Positions 1-13,005 are shown, counted from the whole stretch's first letter. The stretch: DNA of 63,836 nt, filler included, from Reticulomyxa filosa (GCA_000512085.1; 27 parts of 27 records of this genome joined end to end with filler, not necessarily neighbours in it), one strand, 5' to 3'. Translations and numbers: made by a program. The notes: generated by a model from the letters alone, not told the origin.

Positions 1-1905
1 AAAAAAAAAAAAAAAAAACAATGCATTTCAAATATACGGTTTTAATAATCCCCATTTTGATTTTAAACAATGACAACATGTACGTATGTGCATATACACA
101 TGATTGAAAGTATAGGAACAAAAACAAACAACTGGGATGTAGTCTCTTCAATTCGAATATCATTTGTTTCAAATCTTTGATCGAAAAGGTTTCTCTGACA
201 GAGAGCTCAAATTCTTGTCCGACAAAACTATGAATGACAATTTGATAGGTCATGAGTTCGCTGGCTGATCTCGTGGCCAAACCGCGTTTGGCCTTTGAAA
301 TATCGTATCTTTGTGCGTATCGCTCCACGACCAGCCGAACGAACTCGTCGAAACTTATCGTATTACCTTCGATCACTTCACACACAGGGATGCTGTCATT
401 TGATGTCTTCAATTTCGAAGACACTTCCTCCAACAATTGCAAGTTCTTTTGATGGGGCGAGTTACCGCTGTCTCCGAGATGATGTGTCATGCGAAATAAC
501 GTCGTCAAACTTAAAGGCGTGTCCGCAATGTCAAACATTCCCGAGTGTTGTTTCGTGTACCACTGTCGAATGCTTGTTCGACAATTTTCAATGAATAATA
601 TATCTTTTTTACTGTCATTAGCATCATCCAAAAGAATAAATATCGGTGGCGTTTTTCGGCTGCATAACAACAGCTCATTGTTCGGGCCATTCGTACGCGT
701 GCGCTTCACCGCTTTTTCGTACTCTTGCAACGATTTTTCGATTGTCTGCGTGTCATCACTTTTCACTTTCAACGTGGTTATCAACATATTATATTTCTGG
801 AACATGCTTGCATTGGTCATTTTTACTTGAAATTCGTCCATCTCCTTTTTTTATTTTTTATTAGTTAAGTAATGCTATGTTTTTTTTTTTTTTGATTGGG
901 TGCCTTTTTTGTTTTACAGTTAAGTGAGACTGGGTCGCACTGGAGAGATGAACTTTATGCGAACAGTATCGATCCACAAGATAGGAGGAGGCACTACCAT
1001 ACAACCATGATTGCAAAAAACAATCAACCACTTTTATGTTATTTGCAATTACAACTGCGTTGATCGGTATTTCCATCTTTTCGTCATAGCATTTCCAATC
1101 TTTGATTGCCTCGTCTTCCTTTTCATTCACTTGCCACGTTCGATAATGCAACTTTTAATAAGACAAAACAAAAATTGCACATTTGTTCAAATGAATTAAT
1201 AAAAAAATGTCGTGTATTAAAATAAGAAGATTCTTTCCCCTTTTTTTTTCCCTCCTCCCCCCCCTCCCCCCTATTGTCCAACAATCACCACCCGTTCTCA
1301 CATGCACACATACAGTTGGATGAATATTTTGGTGTTCTAGAATGGTCTGAAATTTCTCCAATAGATTTTGCAAATGAAGTTCCAATTTTGATTTCAATAT
1401 GGACCTATGTGCTGCTTTTGTGTTGCTCGACTTTACAAAGATTTGGCAGTCACTAAAAAACTCGGAGACAAATGACAATATTATGCTTTGCAAAAAGTCG
1501 TACCAATGATCTAAATTAATCCAACTATTTTCTTCCGCCTTCACACATATTTATGTATATATATTGTTTTGTTTATTATTTATTACATCAAGTAGGGTAC
1601 ATAGAAATGCTGTTGCAAAGTTTAACATTTCCAGTAATTCCAACTGTGATTCCATTGAATGTTTTTGAAAAGATAAAAATTACACGACTCTGCAATTTCT
1701 CGGCACCTACCACTCGTAAACACTGTTGTATTGATTCGTTGTGATGAAGAGCATGGGACCACTTTCCGCTCATGTACTTGTCAATCTTTTCCTCATACTC
1801 AGTACTTTTTTTGCTTTCTGCCTCTCTCGAGAACGTTAATGCCACTCGCTTTTGCTCTAAATAAACAAAACAACTTTCGATTTCACTAGCATCGATCTGG
1901 TGCAT
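1..1905 (-). CDS. Multi-exon protein with a ubiquitin-like domain near the truncated 3' end
   Basis: Exon-like ORFs 1588-1905, 1155-1544 and 861-1151, plus an open minus frame from about 845 off the window edge (absent from the ORF track): EMDEFQVKMTNASMFQKYN...YQIVIHSFVGQEFELSVRETFSIKDLKQMIFELKRLHP. The end resembles ubiquitin [37 protein letters not shown]. Confidence 0.65.
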
Positions 1906-2300
1906 TGAAATGATGATGCCAAAAATGCACAGCGATCAGGTCATGCTCTCCCCCTCTGTACTTTGTTTCGACGAATTGTGTTCAGTTGCATGAACACAAT
2001 AAATCGAGAAATAATAAAGTTATTTACCATCCACAATAAATGTAAACAATTCCAAAAGGAGCTAATCGGCTTCCTCAATTCAATTGGCAATAAGAAAATT
2101 TTTAAGAAATTAATTCATTTTAATAAAAAAAAGATATGAAAGATCTTGAGGAAGTAAACGGACAAGGAGGGAATGTATGTGAATAGAAATAAAACATTTA
2201 AAAGAATAATAATAACAATAAAAAACCAATTTTTAACAAGTGTTTGTTGCTGAGAGGAGACAAAATATAAGCCAATTAAAATTGGGCCAATATAATTGGA

Positions 2301-3020
2301 CTATTGGGGTGATTGTGCAGAAGTGGTGGCAGTGTCTTTGATCCACTCGGAAGCTTTTTGTTGGCATTCATATTCAAATTGATTTTGCAAAGCAATATCA
2401 AAATCATCATCGGCTAATTCAACATCGTCCAAATTTAATTCTTCTTGTGCTCCCTTTAACTCTTTGTAAACAGGCAGATTTTTGATATCTTTTTTGTTAT
2501 TACATTTCCAAAAACCTTTTCCAAAATACTCTTTTAGAAAGTGTTCATCATCTACCTTTTGTGCTTTTTCTGTTGTCACAGGAGGAGAGTCAGTATGTTT
2601 CTTTGATTTTTTTTCTTTGTTCTTATTTTTAGTTTCACTTTTGTTTGTTTTGTTTTGTGTCTCGCTTGTGGCATAAGGCTCCAATGCTTGAGCTATTTCG
2701 GGTCGCTTTTCTTTTAATTCGAGCAACGCTGTTTTCCATTGCTCATCGAACTCGTCCATATGAAGCGTTCCATATTCGTCTTCTGATTCCTCTTCCTCGT
2801 CCTCTTCATTCTTCCTCTCTTTTTTTTCTTTCTTTTTCTTCTCCTTATTTGAATTTGTTACTAGTTTATCAACTGAATTATTTTTTTCCATAAGCTTGGC
2901 ACTATCAATTTGCTTGGGTTTTTTGACCACCTTCCCTTTTTTGGCCAAAGGCAAGCAGGTGTCTTCTTTCTCTTCATTACGTCTTTTCCTTCCATTTTTG
3001 GTTTTGTTTGAAATATCCAT
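2301..3020 (-). CDS. Lys/Glu-rich hypothetical protein with NLS-like basic clusters
   Basis: 239-aa uninterrupted ORF with protein-like composition; no family recognised. Confidence 0.6.
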   Translation of the reverse strand: MDISNKTKNGRKRRNEEKEDTCLPLAKKGKVVKKPKQIDSAKLMEKNNSVDKLVTNSNKEKKKKEKKERKNEEDEEEESEDEYGTLHMDEFDEQWKTALLELKEKRPEIAQALEPYATSETQNKTNKSETKNKNKEKKSKKHTDSPPVTTEKAQKVDDEHFLKEYFGKGFWKCNNKKDIKNLPVYKELKGAQEELNLDDVELADDDFDIALQNQFEYECQQKASEWIKDTATTSAQSPQ

Positions 3021-3582
3021 CACAATCGAAACTGAGAGATTTGATAATGTGATAGGATTTTATAGCAATTCACGACATTGTATTTGGAAGGGTCAACGCA
3101 AGTTCATTAAACACCAGTAGTACCTGTCAACAATTTTATTTCAGGCAATAATAAGCTTTTTTTTAACTTGTGCGTGCAATAGAAATTGGCACATTCTAGA
3201 GGAATCGAACGATTAATGCAAAAATGTGTCTAAAAGCAAGAATATTTCCGCTTCTTCGATGGTAAACAGCATTTGCGAATAAACCCATTTACAGAGCAAA
3301 TTTCTCTCAAATGGAATAGGAACATACGTGAATTTTTTACCACGATGTGAACTCATTTGTTCGTCCATGTAATGGACATGGGATAATCAACCAAAAAAAT
3401 TCATACTTAATTAAAACAAGAAAGAGACAGATTACAACAATTGGTTTTAACTATTCTCTTCATTTTTAATTTTTATTTATCATCCCTTCTTCCTCCTCCA
3501 CAATAAATTAACAAAGAAACAGAATTGCGTGGTATACAAGGCAAGAAATTATTTGAATATCTTGCCTGTTTGAACAAATTCC

Positions 3583-3885
3583 TCATTCAAAGTTGTCAGT
3601 TTCTTTACTTGACGATGAGCCGCCTGTTTCCACTCCGCCGTAACGCTTTCCAATGCAGGCACAAATGATAACAATACCAGCTACTGCACCCAACAGACCT
3701 GCAATGACATCACCTGTTTACAAACAAACCAATACTTCTGTCACAGATCTTATTTTACTCCAGCCACAATCAAGTTTAAAATGCGACTATTAACCTGCGT
3801 CAGCAGCGACCGTTTGTGTTGAAGAGCAAAAGCAAACAATGAACAACCAAACCAAAAAACTTGACGAAATTTCCTTTATATTCAT
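3583..3885 (-). CDS. SMIM30: 73-aa SMIM30/DUF4730-like small membrane protein (2 exons: 3885-3795, 3713-3583)
   Basis: Splicing the 81-nt GT..AG intron 3794-3714 gives MNIKEISSSFLVWLFIVCFCSSTQTVAADAGDVIAGLLGAVAGIVIICACIGKRYGGVETGGSSSSKETDNFE*. This is a signal-like segment followed by a TM matching SMIM30 EAGDAIALLLGVVLSITGICACLG. Confidence 0.8.
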
Positions 3886-4202
3886 TGCTCGGTCTTGTTT
3901 GCGACTTTTTATCAATACCACAGTCTATTTCAAGAAAAACAAATTCTGGGAGTTAAATTTTTTAAAAAACTTTTGTAGTGAACCATCATGTTCTGTAGTG
4001 AAAAAACCAGAATTGATTGAAATAATCTCGCACAAGGAAAAAAAAAGAATTTTACAAATTGATGCAACAATCATTAAAGTTGCTGATATCAACAAAAATC
4101 TGAACCGATTGAATAAAATGCGGCAAGTGACTGCTGTACAGGTCCAAAAATGTTTTGATTACTTTGTTTTTTTTTCTTTACAAAAAAAAGTGAAAAGCAG
4201 AT

Positions 4203-6938
4203 TTATTTATGTTTTGATTTCCAGGTTTGGTGAGCTTCAGCGAAGTTTTGCCCATTGATGGTACAGCGGTATTGATAATCATTGCCAACCAATTCGATCA
4301 TGACAACGACAACATCTCTGTCAATTTCAATTCGAAAAGACGAAGCCGTTGACTTGTTATTGTACTTTTCGCTCCCATCGACCCATAACATACGGCGAGT
4401 TTTTGCTTTGCTATCTTGAGTATGCTGCAGCACAATAGTATGTGGAGAATCTGAAAAAAAAGAATAATAAAACTTGCAAAAAGAGAGAAAAGGAAGAAAC
4501 GCATAACAAATAATAAATAAAAACAAAATATGTTGAAAGTATACATATGTATATGTATGTATATAATTAGACGAAGCTGTCGGATGTAACAAAATGCCAT
4601 TCAACAAGCATCCTTTTCTTTGCTCCCTTTTCACTAATGGTTTTATCCTTTCTAGTCCACACATCTTGAGACGACTGCACACTACCTGAGTTGTCCACTG
4701 ATTTTTTGGGTTCGCTCTTTGGCAAAACTTCTTCCTCTTGCAACTCTGGTGGGATCTCGTCATCCGGTACGCCTTCACCGGACAGTTGTTGTCTGTATTC
4801 AGGGGCATTTTTTTGCGCTTGTGGCTTCGACTATTCATTACGTGTGTATTTGTTTAATTCATATTGTTACAAACTGATTGAGTTTAGAAACAAACCTTTT
4901 AAAAATTCTACTGACAACCCACCCCTCCCTCTCTCTCTCATTCTTTTATTTATTGTAAGAAGAAACTCACCAAGTTTGGTTTTATGTCGTCTCCTTCATC
5001 CATATAGCTTTTTTGAACTTTGGAGGCTTGGTTTAGATCTCCTTCACTGTTGTTACTTTTATTGACACTGCTATTTTGTGACCCATTGTTGGCGTCCGAT
5101 TTGGGCACTGGTTTCATCTGGTTCATGGCTATTTCTTGTTGTGCCATGAACTGGGCGTTCATATTTGCCATCGCATTCATGTTAGGCATCTGTCCCATTG
5201 GATTCATTCCCATGCTCGCCATCGCCATGTTGGGTATGCCTGGCATCATTCCCATCCCTCCCATCATCGGTGCACTTACTTTGGCCTGCTTTAATTGCTG
5301 TTGCAGTTTGGTGATCATTTGTCGAAATTCGTTGTTTTGCTTTTTCAAAGCCTCATTCACTCGAGTGTACTCACCATGTTGCAATTCCAACGTTTTGATG
5401 TGTTGTTTCACAGACTCGTATTTTGCTCGGAATTTGTCGGCCAATTCTTGATTATCTTTTACACGCTTTCATTGATTTAAAATTTATGTACATACACATA
5501 TACATATATATTTATACATTTGTACTTATGTATATAATGGTACGTATACAAAAATTATGCACGATCAAGAAAATATGTAAATATCAACTTACCTTTTCCC
5601 ATTGATCTTGAACATCGATTTTATTGGCTTCGATAGTACTGAGTTGTTCTTGTAACTCTTTGATTTGTTTTTCATAGCGCAAGTCCGAGGAAGCGTCGTA
5701 TTCCAATGCCATTTGCTTGGAACGTTCATTGGATAAACTTTCGCTCAGAGCGTCCCTTTCGTTTTTGATATGTTCCAGTTGCCATTGGAGTGCTTGTTTA
5801 TCTGTGTCCATTTGCGCTTTCAGTTGCTCGATTTCTTGCTTCAATCGAGTGACTTCGTCTTTGTCAGAGCCAGTTCGCTCTTCCATTTCGCGTATTTGCC
5901 CAGCCAACGTGGTCATTTCATCCCTCGCCGCGGTCAGGTCTTTTTGAGCCTCGCCCATCCGTTCCGTACAGTTGTTGCATGCGTGCTTCATGTTTTCGAT
6001 TTCGCCCACTAACGTGGCCACTTGAGTACGGTAATAAGATAATTGCGATTCAATCTCTCTCACATATTGCGTGTTCTTTTGCGACAGCATTGCCCGAATA
6101 TCCGGATTTGACTTTTGTTTCCCACCCCCCGCAGTATGTTCAAAAACATTATCACACAAATGTCAGATTTGTAAGCACGCAATGTTCAAAGTTACATTCA
6201 TTGCAAATCAAATAAACTTACCGATGATTTCATGCTCGACGAGAGTGCCGCGTTGGTTTCTCGCAGACGGCCAATCTCACGGTTCATATCTTGATTTATT
6301 TGGCGCAGTGAACGTAACTGCTTCAATTCCTTTTCATAATTGCGACACGTTTTTTCTGCTTCTGTTTTTTCTTGAATCACTTTTTCGTAATGCGTACCAA
6401 ATAGTTCCTATTTATATAAAGGGACAGATACACACGTATATAACATATACATATATACATATTCGCATATGTATAATATGTATACTACGTATCGTGTCAA
6501 AGAGATTGTAAACCCTCAAACCTTCAATTTTTCCTCTCGTTTTCCAAAATCCAGTTTTGGGAAGTTGACTTTGCTTTCCAATTGCAATTCAATCAAGCGA
6601 CAATTCAATAATATAATGAACCCGCATTGTCGATTTAATTGAACAGTTTCCTATAAAAATAACAAACAATAAAAAAATCTCAAATATTTACATACGTACA
6701 TATGCATCACATAGATATATGTTATATGTGTATACATGTTTTTAAATTGTAAGTTATTGTCTTTGAAAACGAAAGACAAAGAGAAAAGATTTCAAAACTG
6801 GGTCAGTGTTAAAGTCGGGTACTTCAATGACATCGGGGACTTTGGAAAAGTCAGTAGAAGGTGCAAAGTCATCAGGAAGGCTGGGGAACTCACCTTTATT
6901 GTATGAAACGGAATAACATATTTTAGTGTTTTTTTTTC

Positions 6939-6977
<39 letters not shown>

Positions 6978-7383
6978 TGAACTTTGTCTTGGATATATCT
7001 GGGAATTGTAATTGTTGTTAAATTGTGGCTGGAAGTCACTTCCATAATTGAAGTTATTGCTGTTGAAGTTGTTGTTGTTATTATTAAAGTTGCTGCTGTT
7101 ATTGTTAAAGTTGCTGCTGTTGTTATTGAAGTTACTGTTATTGTTAAAGTTGCTGCTATTATTATTGAAGTTGTTATTGTTATTGATAATGGAGTTGGTA
7201 TTGTTATTGTTGTTGGCGTTGAAGTGATTGGTAATGCCATTGATATTGTTGTTGCTACTGTTGTTGTTATGATGATAGGAGTTAATCTGCACCTGTTCAT
7301 TGGGATACTCGTCGTAGCCATACATGTTGGTGTAACTTTCGCCGCTGTTGGAACCGAAAGGGTTTGAATTCCGGGTTTTTAAA
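4203..7383 (-). CDS. Multi-exon protein: Asn-rich N-terminus, long coiled coil, Met/Gly/Pro-rich linker, C-terminal FAIM1-like domain (5' possibly truncated)
   Basis: Successive minus-strand exon ORFs (~7325-6975, ~6380-6220, 6159-5592, ~5450-4972, 4830-~4575, ~4450-4203). The last two read MLVEWHFVTSD..SPHTIVLQHTQDSKAKTRRMLWVDGSEKY..YQYRCTINGQNF, similar to FAIM1 VWDVALSDGVHKIEFEHGTTSGKRVVYVDGKE..YEYTLEINGKSL. Joining into one gene is inferred. Confidence 0.6.
7040..7275 (-). repeat. Coding low-complexity Asn repeat (NNNSSNF units, about 21 bp)
   Basis: Repeated ttgttaaagttgctgctgtt-type units encoding NNNSSNFNNNSSNF. Confidence 0.8.
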
Positions 7384-7483
7384 NNNNNNNNNNNNNNNNN
7401 NNNNNNNNNNNNNNNNNNNNNNNNNNNTTAATTAATTAANNNNNNNNNNNNNNNNNNNNNNNNNNNNNNNNNNNNNNNNNNNN
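7384..7483. other. Artificial contig-joining linker N44-TTAATTAATTAA-N44 (first of 26)
   Basis: Identical 100-nt block with six-frame stops. It also starts at about 10254, 11414, 13051, 15055, 23946, 25046, 28614, 31143, 32634, 33790, 35094, 36471, 40131, 41439, 44741, 45938, 48359, 49584, 51232, 53360, 56088, 57289, 59317, 60512 and 61672. Confidence 0.98.
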
Positions 7484-10353
7484 AAATTGTAAAGAGAGGA
7501 AATGATATATTATATGGTCACAATGACAAAATATTACGTGCCTATGAAAAAAATGAATCTTTCCATTTGTATACTGACTGAAATAAATGCGAATAATTGA
7601 TTGCATTTTCCAGTACTAATTTTGTGAATACTCTTAAATATGCGATTCACAACAGCAACAGCCACACTATTTTCCAAATCATTGAGCATAATCCTTTGCA
7701 ATCGCTTTTCGTCGTCAAAATTCACTATCAAATAAAATACAAACAAAAGTGATGTTATCTTCTTTTCATTTGACAATCACAAACCATTGTACCTGTGGAC
7801 TTTGTATTCCGGTTTCTTTTTTTTTGTTTCATTTTTGAAATCTATCCTTTTCTGTATTCCTTCGCATTGAAAAAATTCCAATTAAAAAAAATTAAAAACT
7901 TCAGGAGCTTTTGTACAATGGTTTCTTTGCAAGAACATCATAAGCCAAAATCTAAAAGAAATTAGAAAGCCACAGATGACAAGGAAAAATAACACAACAT
8001 TAGTTTTCATTGTGAACATCTTGTTCAAATGTTCATAGATTTAGAGCTTAAAAAACAACTTTTTTAGTCTAGAACTTTTTTCACTCTTTATCATAAAAAA
8101 AAAATAGTGATAAGTTTTTTGATAAAATATTTTATAAAAACAAGTTATTTTTATAAAATATTACCATTGAAATTCAAATCACAAACTTCTTTTTTTATGG
8201 ATGTTATGACGTTGGACAGTTGTAAAAACTCTTTCCTTTTCTTGGCAAGTTGGAGTTCTCAGTGCTGGCGTCGGATGTATGATCACCTTATTTCAAATTT
8301 CCTACCGAATGACGCGAATGTCATTCGTTTCAAAGTTGATCTTTACCATTCTGCAATTCAAAGCAATGCCACTTCTCACAAGCCCAACCACAATCGTATC
8401 AACAATTACACCAATCAATCCAACGATCACACCAACTATTGCGCCACCTATCACACAAACTATCAAAAAATTTACTATCGTACAAATCGCGATCATAAAT
8501 ATGGTCTGCCAAAAGCGTACGCACATAGCGTGCTTTGCAAAAATAATGATTGGGATATTACGTGGTGCAAATTTCAGTTAATTTCGATATACCTTTTTTT
8601 CAATGAAAAAAATAAACAAAAAAAATGTTGATAGAAGTATGAACAAAAATTTTGACAATAATAATGACATATTTTAATTTATATATACATACACATATAT
8701 AAAATATAAACAGACAAGAACATGGACTGTGCACAGCGTTGTGCTTGGACACTTGGCAAAGTCCACAACGACGACACATACATCCAAGACAATGTGTGCA
8801 ATAGTGATTGCATTGTTGTTGCTGTTGGTATCGTGAGTTATTCCTGGACGATTTCAAGAGTTCTGGCAGCATGTTGGCTTATAATGAGTCAGGTGTGAAC
8901 GTGATATTATATATCCATGCACACTAATGCGCAGGATGATTGTGCGTCTATGTGGAAGCACTGGTGGAAGGGAGTCTCTGGCTACTATTAAACTCCAATT
9001 GGCTATCATTTGATGGGCGGTGAACTCAATATGTTGAATACCATAGCCTTCAACAATGGCCCGCAAATGGAAAAAGATAAATGGCCGATCCACAACGACA
9101 TCGCGCCGACAGCGACAAACAACATGTAAGCACACTATGCTATGACAAGATCAATTGGTATATGTCAACAATTTGCATGATATAAGTATATTTATATACA
9201 CAATTTTTTTTTAAGTAGAATTATCCACAAAAACAACGTGTAACTTTGATGACGTATATGTGATTTGCATTATTTAAAAAATATAGACAATAAGGCGAAC
9301 CAACGACATCAACAACAATAAGAAGGGGTAGAAGCCAACCCTGTCTCCGAAAGGAGTATAAAAGGTTTGTCATATTTTAATATATATGTAAATATGTTCA
9401 TGTGTTGTGTGTTTGTGTACAGGAGTCCCCCGCCTGAAACGAGTTACCTGTATTTAGCCCCTCCACACACACACAAATTATGGGTCGAAGGCCGTCCGGT
9501 GTACAAAATAAAAAATAATGGTTTGTTATATTTTATACATGTGTATATTTCTTTTGTTAAAATAATGTTGTTGTGCGTATATATGTCATAAATAGGAATT
9601 CCTCATCACAAAGAAAAAATTATATTTTATGTTTTTTTGTCAATACTTTCTAAATAAAACAAAAACGTGATGATTGTTTGATCCATGGAAAAAAAGTTGA
9701 AATTGAGTTTGAAATCTACTTTTTATACAGGTAACTATGTTTTTTTGTGTTATCTAAACATATAAAAAATAATTTTGTTTGTTTGTGTGAATAGATGTCA
9801 CAGGATCCAAATTATTTGTAAAAGAAAAAAGAAATTTTAGATGGGGGGAAAAAAAATTGAAAGTGATTAATTAAAAGGGAAAAAAAGATAATAGAAAAGG
9901 GGAAAAAAAATGGAAAATAGAAAAAGGGGGGAAAAAAGATAATTGAAAAAAAGGGAAGTGGGGGAAAAAAAGAGAAAGAAATTAGAAATTTTTTATGATG
10001 ATAAAAAAAATAATAAAGAATATAATAATAAATGAAAAAAATAAAAAACGTATAAAAAAAGAAAAAGAGAAAAAAAGTGGATGAAAAAAAAGAAAAAAAT
10101 TGAAAGTTAATTTTTTATTATTTAAATGTTGGAGATTTGACTCCAAAAATTATTGTATAAGGTGGGTATAATAATTTAAAGTTAAGTAAAATAAACAAAT
10201 ATATCCACTTTTCACAATTTTTTTTTGTAACATTAAAATAAACATTTTTTTTTNNNNNNNNNNNNNNNNNNNNNNNNNNNNNNNNNNNNNNNNNNNNTTA
10301 ATTAATTAANNNNNNNNNNNNNNNNNNNNNNNNNNNNNNNNNNNNNNNNNNNN

Positions 10354-11030
10354 TTAATTTCAAAAGTTATCTCCGCCATGACTGCGTCTTTGCGATTGAG
10401 CGGTGAATTGAATGTTGATTTGAACGAGTTTCAAACGAACTTAGTCCCTTTCCCTCGTTTACACTTTATAACTACCGGAACGAGCCCAATTATTCAAAAA
10501 ATTGACGTATCAACCGCGCCAAACGTATCCAAAAAATAATAAATGACTGTTTTAAGCCAGCGAATTGGTTTGTGAAATAAATTGAATTTGATCCCGCTGA
10601 AGATAAATCATGGCCATTTCTTTAAATTATCGTAGTGACATAAAATCGAAAGAAGCAAATGCAACTGTCCAATGGTTAAAATTAAATAGTAAAATCGTAT
10701 TAGTCGAGTGGTGTCCAACTGGCTTTGATCGGATTAAATGAGGTACTAGAAGTAACTTTAAAATATGATGATATTGGAGCATTTAGTAAAAATGCAGTAA
10801 TGATTGCCAACAACACAGGCATTTCGCGAGTATTGAGTAAATATATTGCTCAAAAGTATGATATTAATTACTCCCAAAGAGCATTTGCGCATTGGAAGTA
10901 GGAAAAGGAATGGAAGAGAATTTGCTGAAGCCGTGAAGGTTTAGGCTTTTTGGAAGAGATTATTTGGACGTGTTGAGCGAACAACCAACCAATGTGGGAG
11001 GTGACAACGCTGGCGATACGCAGGTGATAA
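10354..11030 (+). pseudogene. TUBA: Divergent alpha-tubulin pseudogene (C-terminal half)
   Basis: [38 protein letters not shown], later VEWCPTGF, AVMIANNTGISRV, KYDINYSQRAFAHW and GMEE. These alpha-tubulin motifs are split by several stops and frameshifts. Confidence 0.9.
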
Positions 11031-12160
11031 TGACAATTAAAACTTTTTATTTGTGTAAGTGAAGTGGTGTAAATGAATTTGATGAATATTTTTTTGAAAG
11101 CCATTGGCCAGAAAAGGGCCATGGCTTTTTAAATTCAAGTCCAATCTCTTCGAATGAAATTTTTTCGCAACTTTTCAAAAGTGTACCAGTTTTTAGTTGT
11201 TGAAATATCTTAAGAAAATTTTTTAAATCGTTTTCGTTGACTTTTATACCTTTAAGTCAATTGATATAGTGAGATAAATACTTTAAACGTATAAAAAAAT
11301 AAAATATACGTATCGATTATTATTTCGTTTGATGCATAGCTATCAAAAAATGTTCAACAGTTGTAATAATGAAAAAAGAAAAGCAATTGCGAAATAAAGT
11401 GTTACATGATCGCNNNNNNNNNNNNNNNNNNNNNNNNNNNNNNNNNNNNNNNNNNNNTTAATTAATTAANNNNNNNNNNNNNNNNNNNNNNNNNNNNNNN
11501 NNNNNNNNNNNNNTTTTTTTTTTTTTCTTCAAGAAAATTTCATTTACCTTTAATTTATTGAGCCAAAATATGGTGTATATTTGTGGGTGTAACTCTCCCT
11601 TTGTCTAACATCGACTGAATACCTTTGTGGCCTTTCTAACAGCAATTGGTCCTTTGATCTTTTGTTTTTTGTTGTTTTTTTATAATGTTGTTTTGTTCAT
11701 TTGACAAATGTATTTTCTCACTTTTTTGAAAATTAATGAGATGAACAAAAAAAAAGCGGTGTGTTTGATTTTTGACGTACCTAACTCTTTCCTTTTTTGA
11801 TTTTTGTACCCTTCCCTCTCCCGAATAAATGAGTTTCACATATAACTGAAAGAAGAAAATTTTTTTTTTTCAAGACCCTCATGAAAAAGATTTTTTGATT
11901 GTCACGAGTGTTTTGTACCCTTCCCAAAACCTTTCGCTTATTGTTAGTGAATGTTGGAAAAAATCACTCGAATCTTATCGTTTAGTTTTATCTCATCACA
12001 TAGAATTTATTTCAAAAGAAGCAAGGTTGCAATACGATTTTTTGAGCTAGGAAGGAGGAGAGAGAGAAAAAATAAAATAAAATTTTGTAAATGAATTTTT
12101 GACTGATTTATACAAAGAGAAACAACAACAAGAGAAAAATCAAAGTTTAAAGGTCATCTC

Positions 12161-13005
12161 TTAAAATAGGAGCATTACTGCAATAAGTACTGAGCCATTT
12201 GGACCTTGCGTTATTTTGAAAGCAAGTGGAAAAAACCTTTCATCCATCACACCTGGATCGGAACTTTGTTGATATCTGCCATAAATATAAGTAATTGGAG
12301 CATCCAAGCGGAATTGGCAAGCACTATTCAGCGTATGTATCGCAATGACCCGACGTTGGATGGTTTGGCTCAAGTTCGGACCGGACCCATGCCACGTGTT
12401 TTGATGATGAAACGCAACGCCTCCTTTTGGGATATCCACGTGAACAAAATCCAATGGACCCGACTTGCCTTGGTACGCGTGTAATTTGGAAAGGGTTTGA
12501 AGTCGATGGTTTTCCTTCGCCGTGTCCTTGTTGGCACTACTGTCGATGTTATGGAAGCTGCCATCGCCGAGGTTGCTATTATTCGTCGCGATCGACTCCC
12601 AAAGGTGCGATTTTGCTACGTATTCGATAGTTCCGTTCGCTTCGCTGACATCGTCCAAAGGCAGCCAAACGGTGATTGAGTTGTCCTTTTGTGGGGTAAA
12701 CTGCGAACTTATGTACTGCGAATCTTGATGAAACCCCAAGGATGAACCTCCATTCTCTGGCTTCCATCTGTTCGTATTTGTGATCATTTTAAAACATCAG
12801 TCAATTTCATTGCTTTGTTTTATTGTCATTCTTATTTTCCTAAAAAAAAAAAAAAGTTTAATGGACCCTTTCATCCCACCATTCCATTACTTGTTAAACT
12901 CAACATAATGTCATCCTGGGCAATTTTTGATCCTTCCCATCCACCCAATTGTGCACTTAATGCATGAATTTGATGAGATAGTACTACTCTTGCTATCGTC
13001 AAATC

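Noticed and set aside
8107-9135. Overlapping ORFs on both strands
   Set aside because: No consistent frame or recognisable family; probably a decayed gene, and no call can be supported.
9345-9356. CTCC-GAAA-GGAG tetraloop hairpin in a GC-richer patch
   Set aside because: A 4-bp stem is expected by chance; no ribozyme or known ncRNA core could be completed around it.
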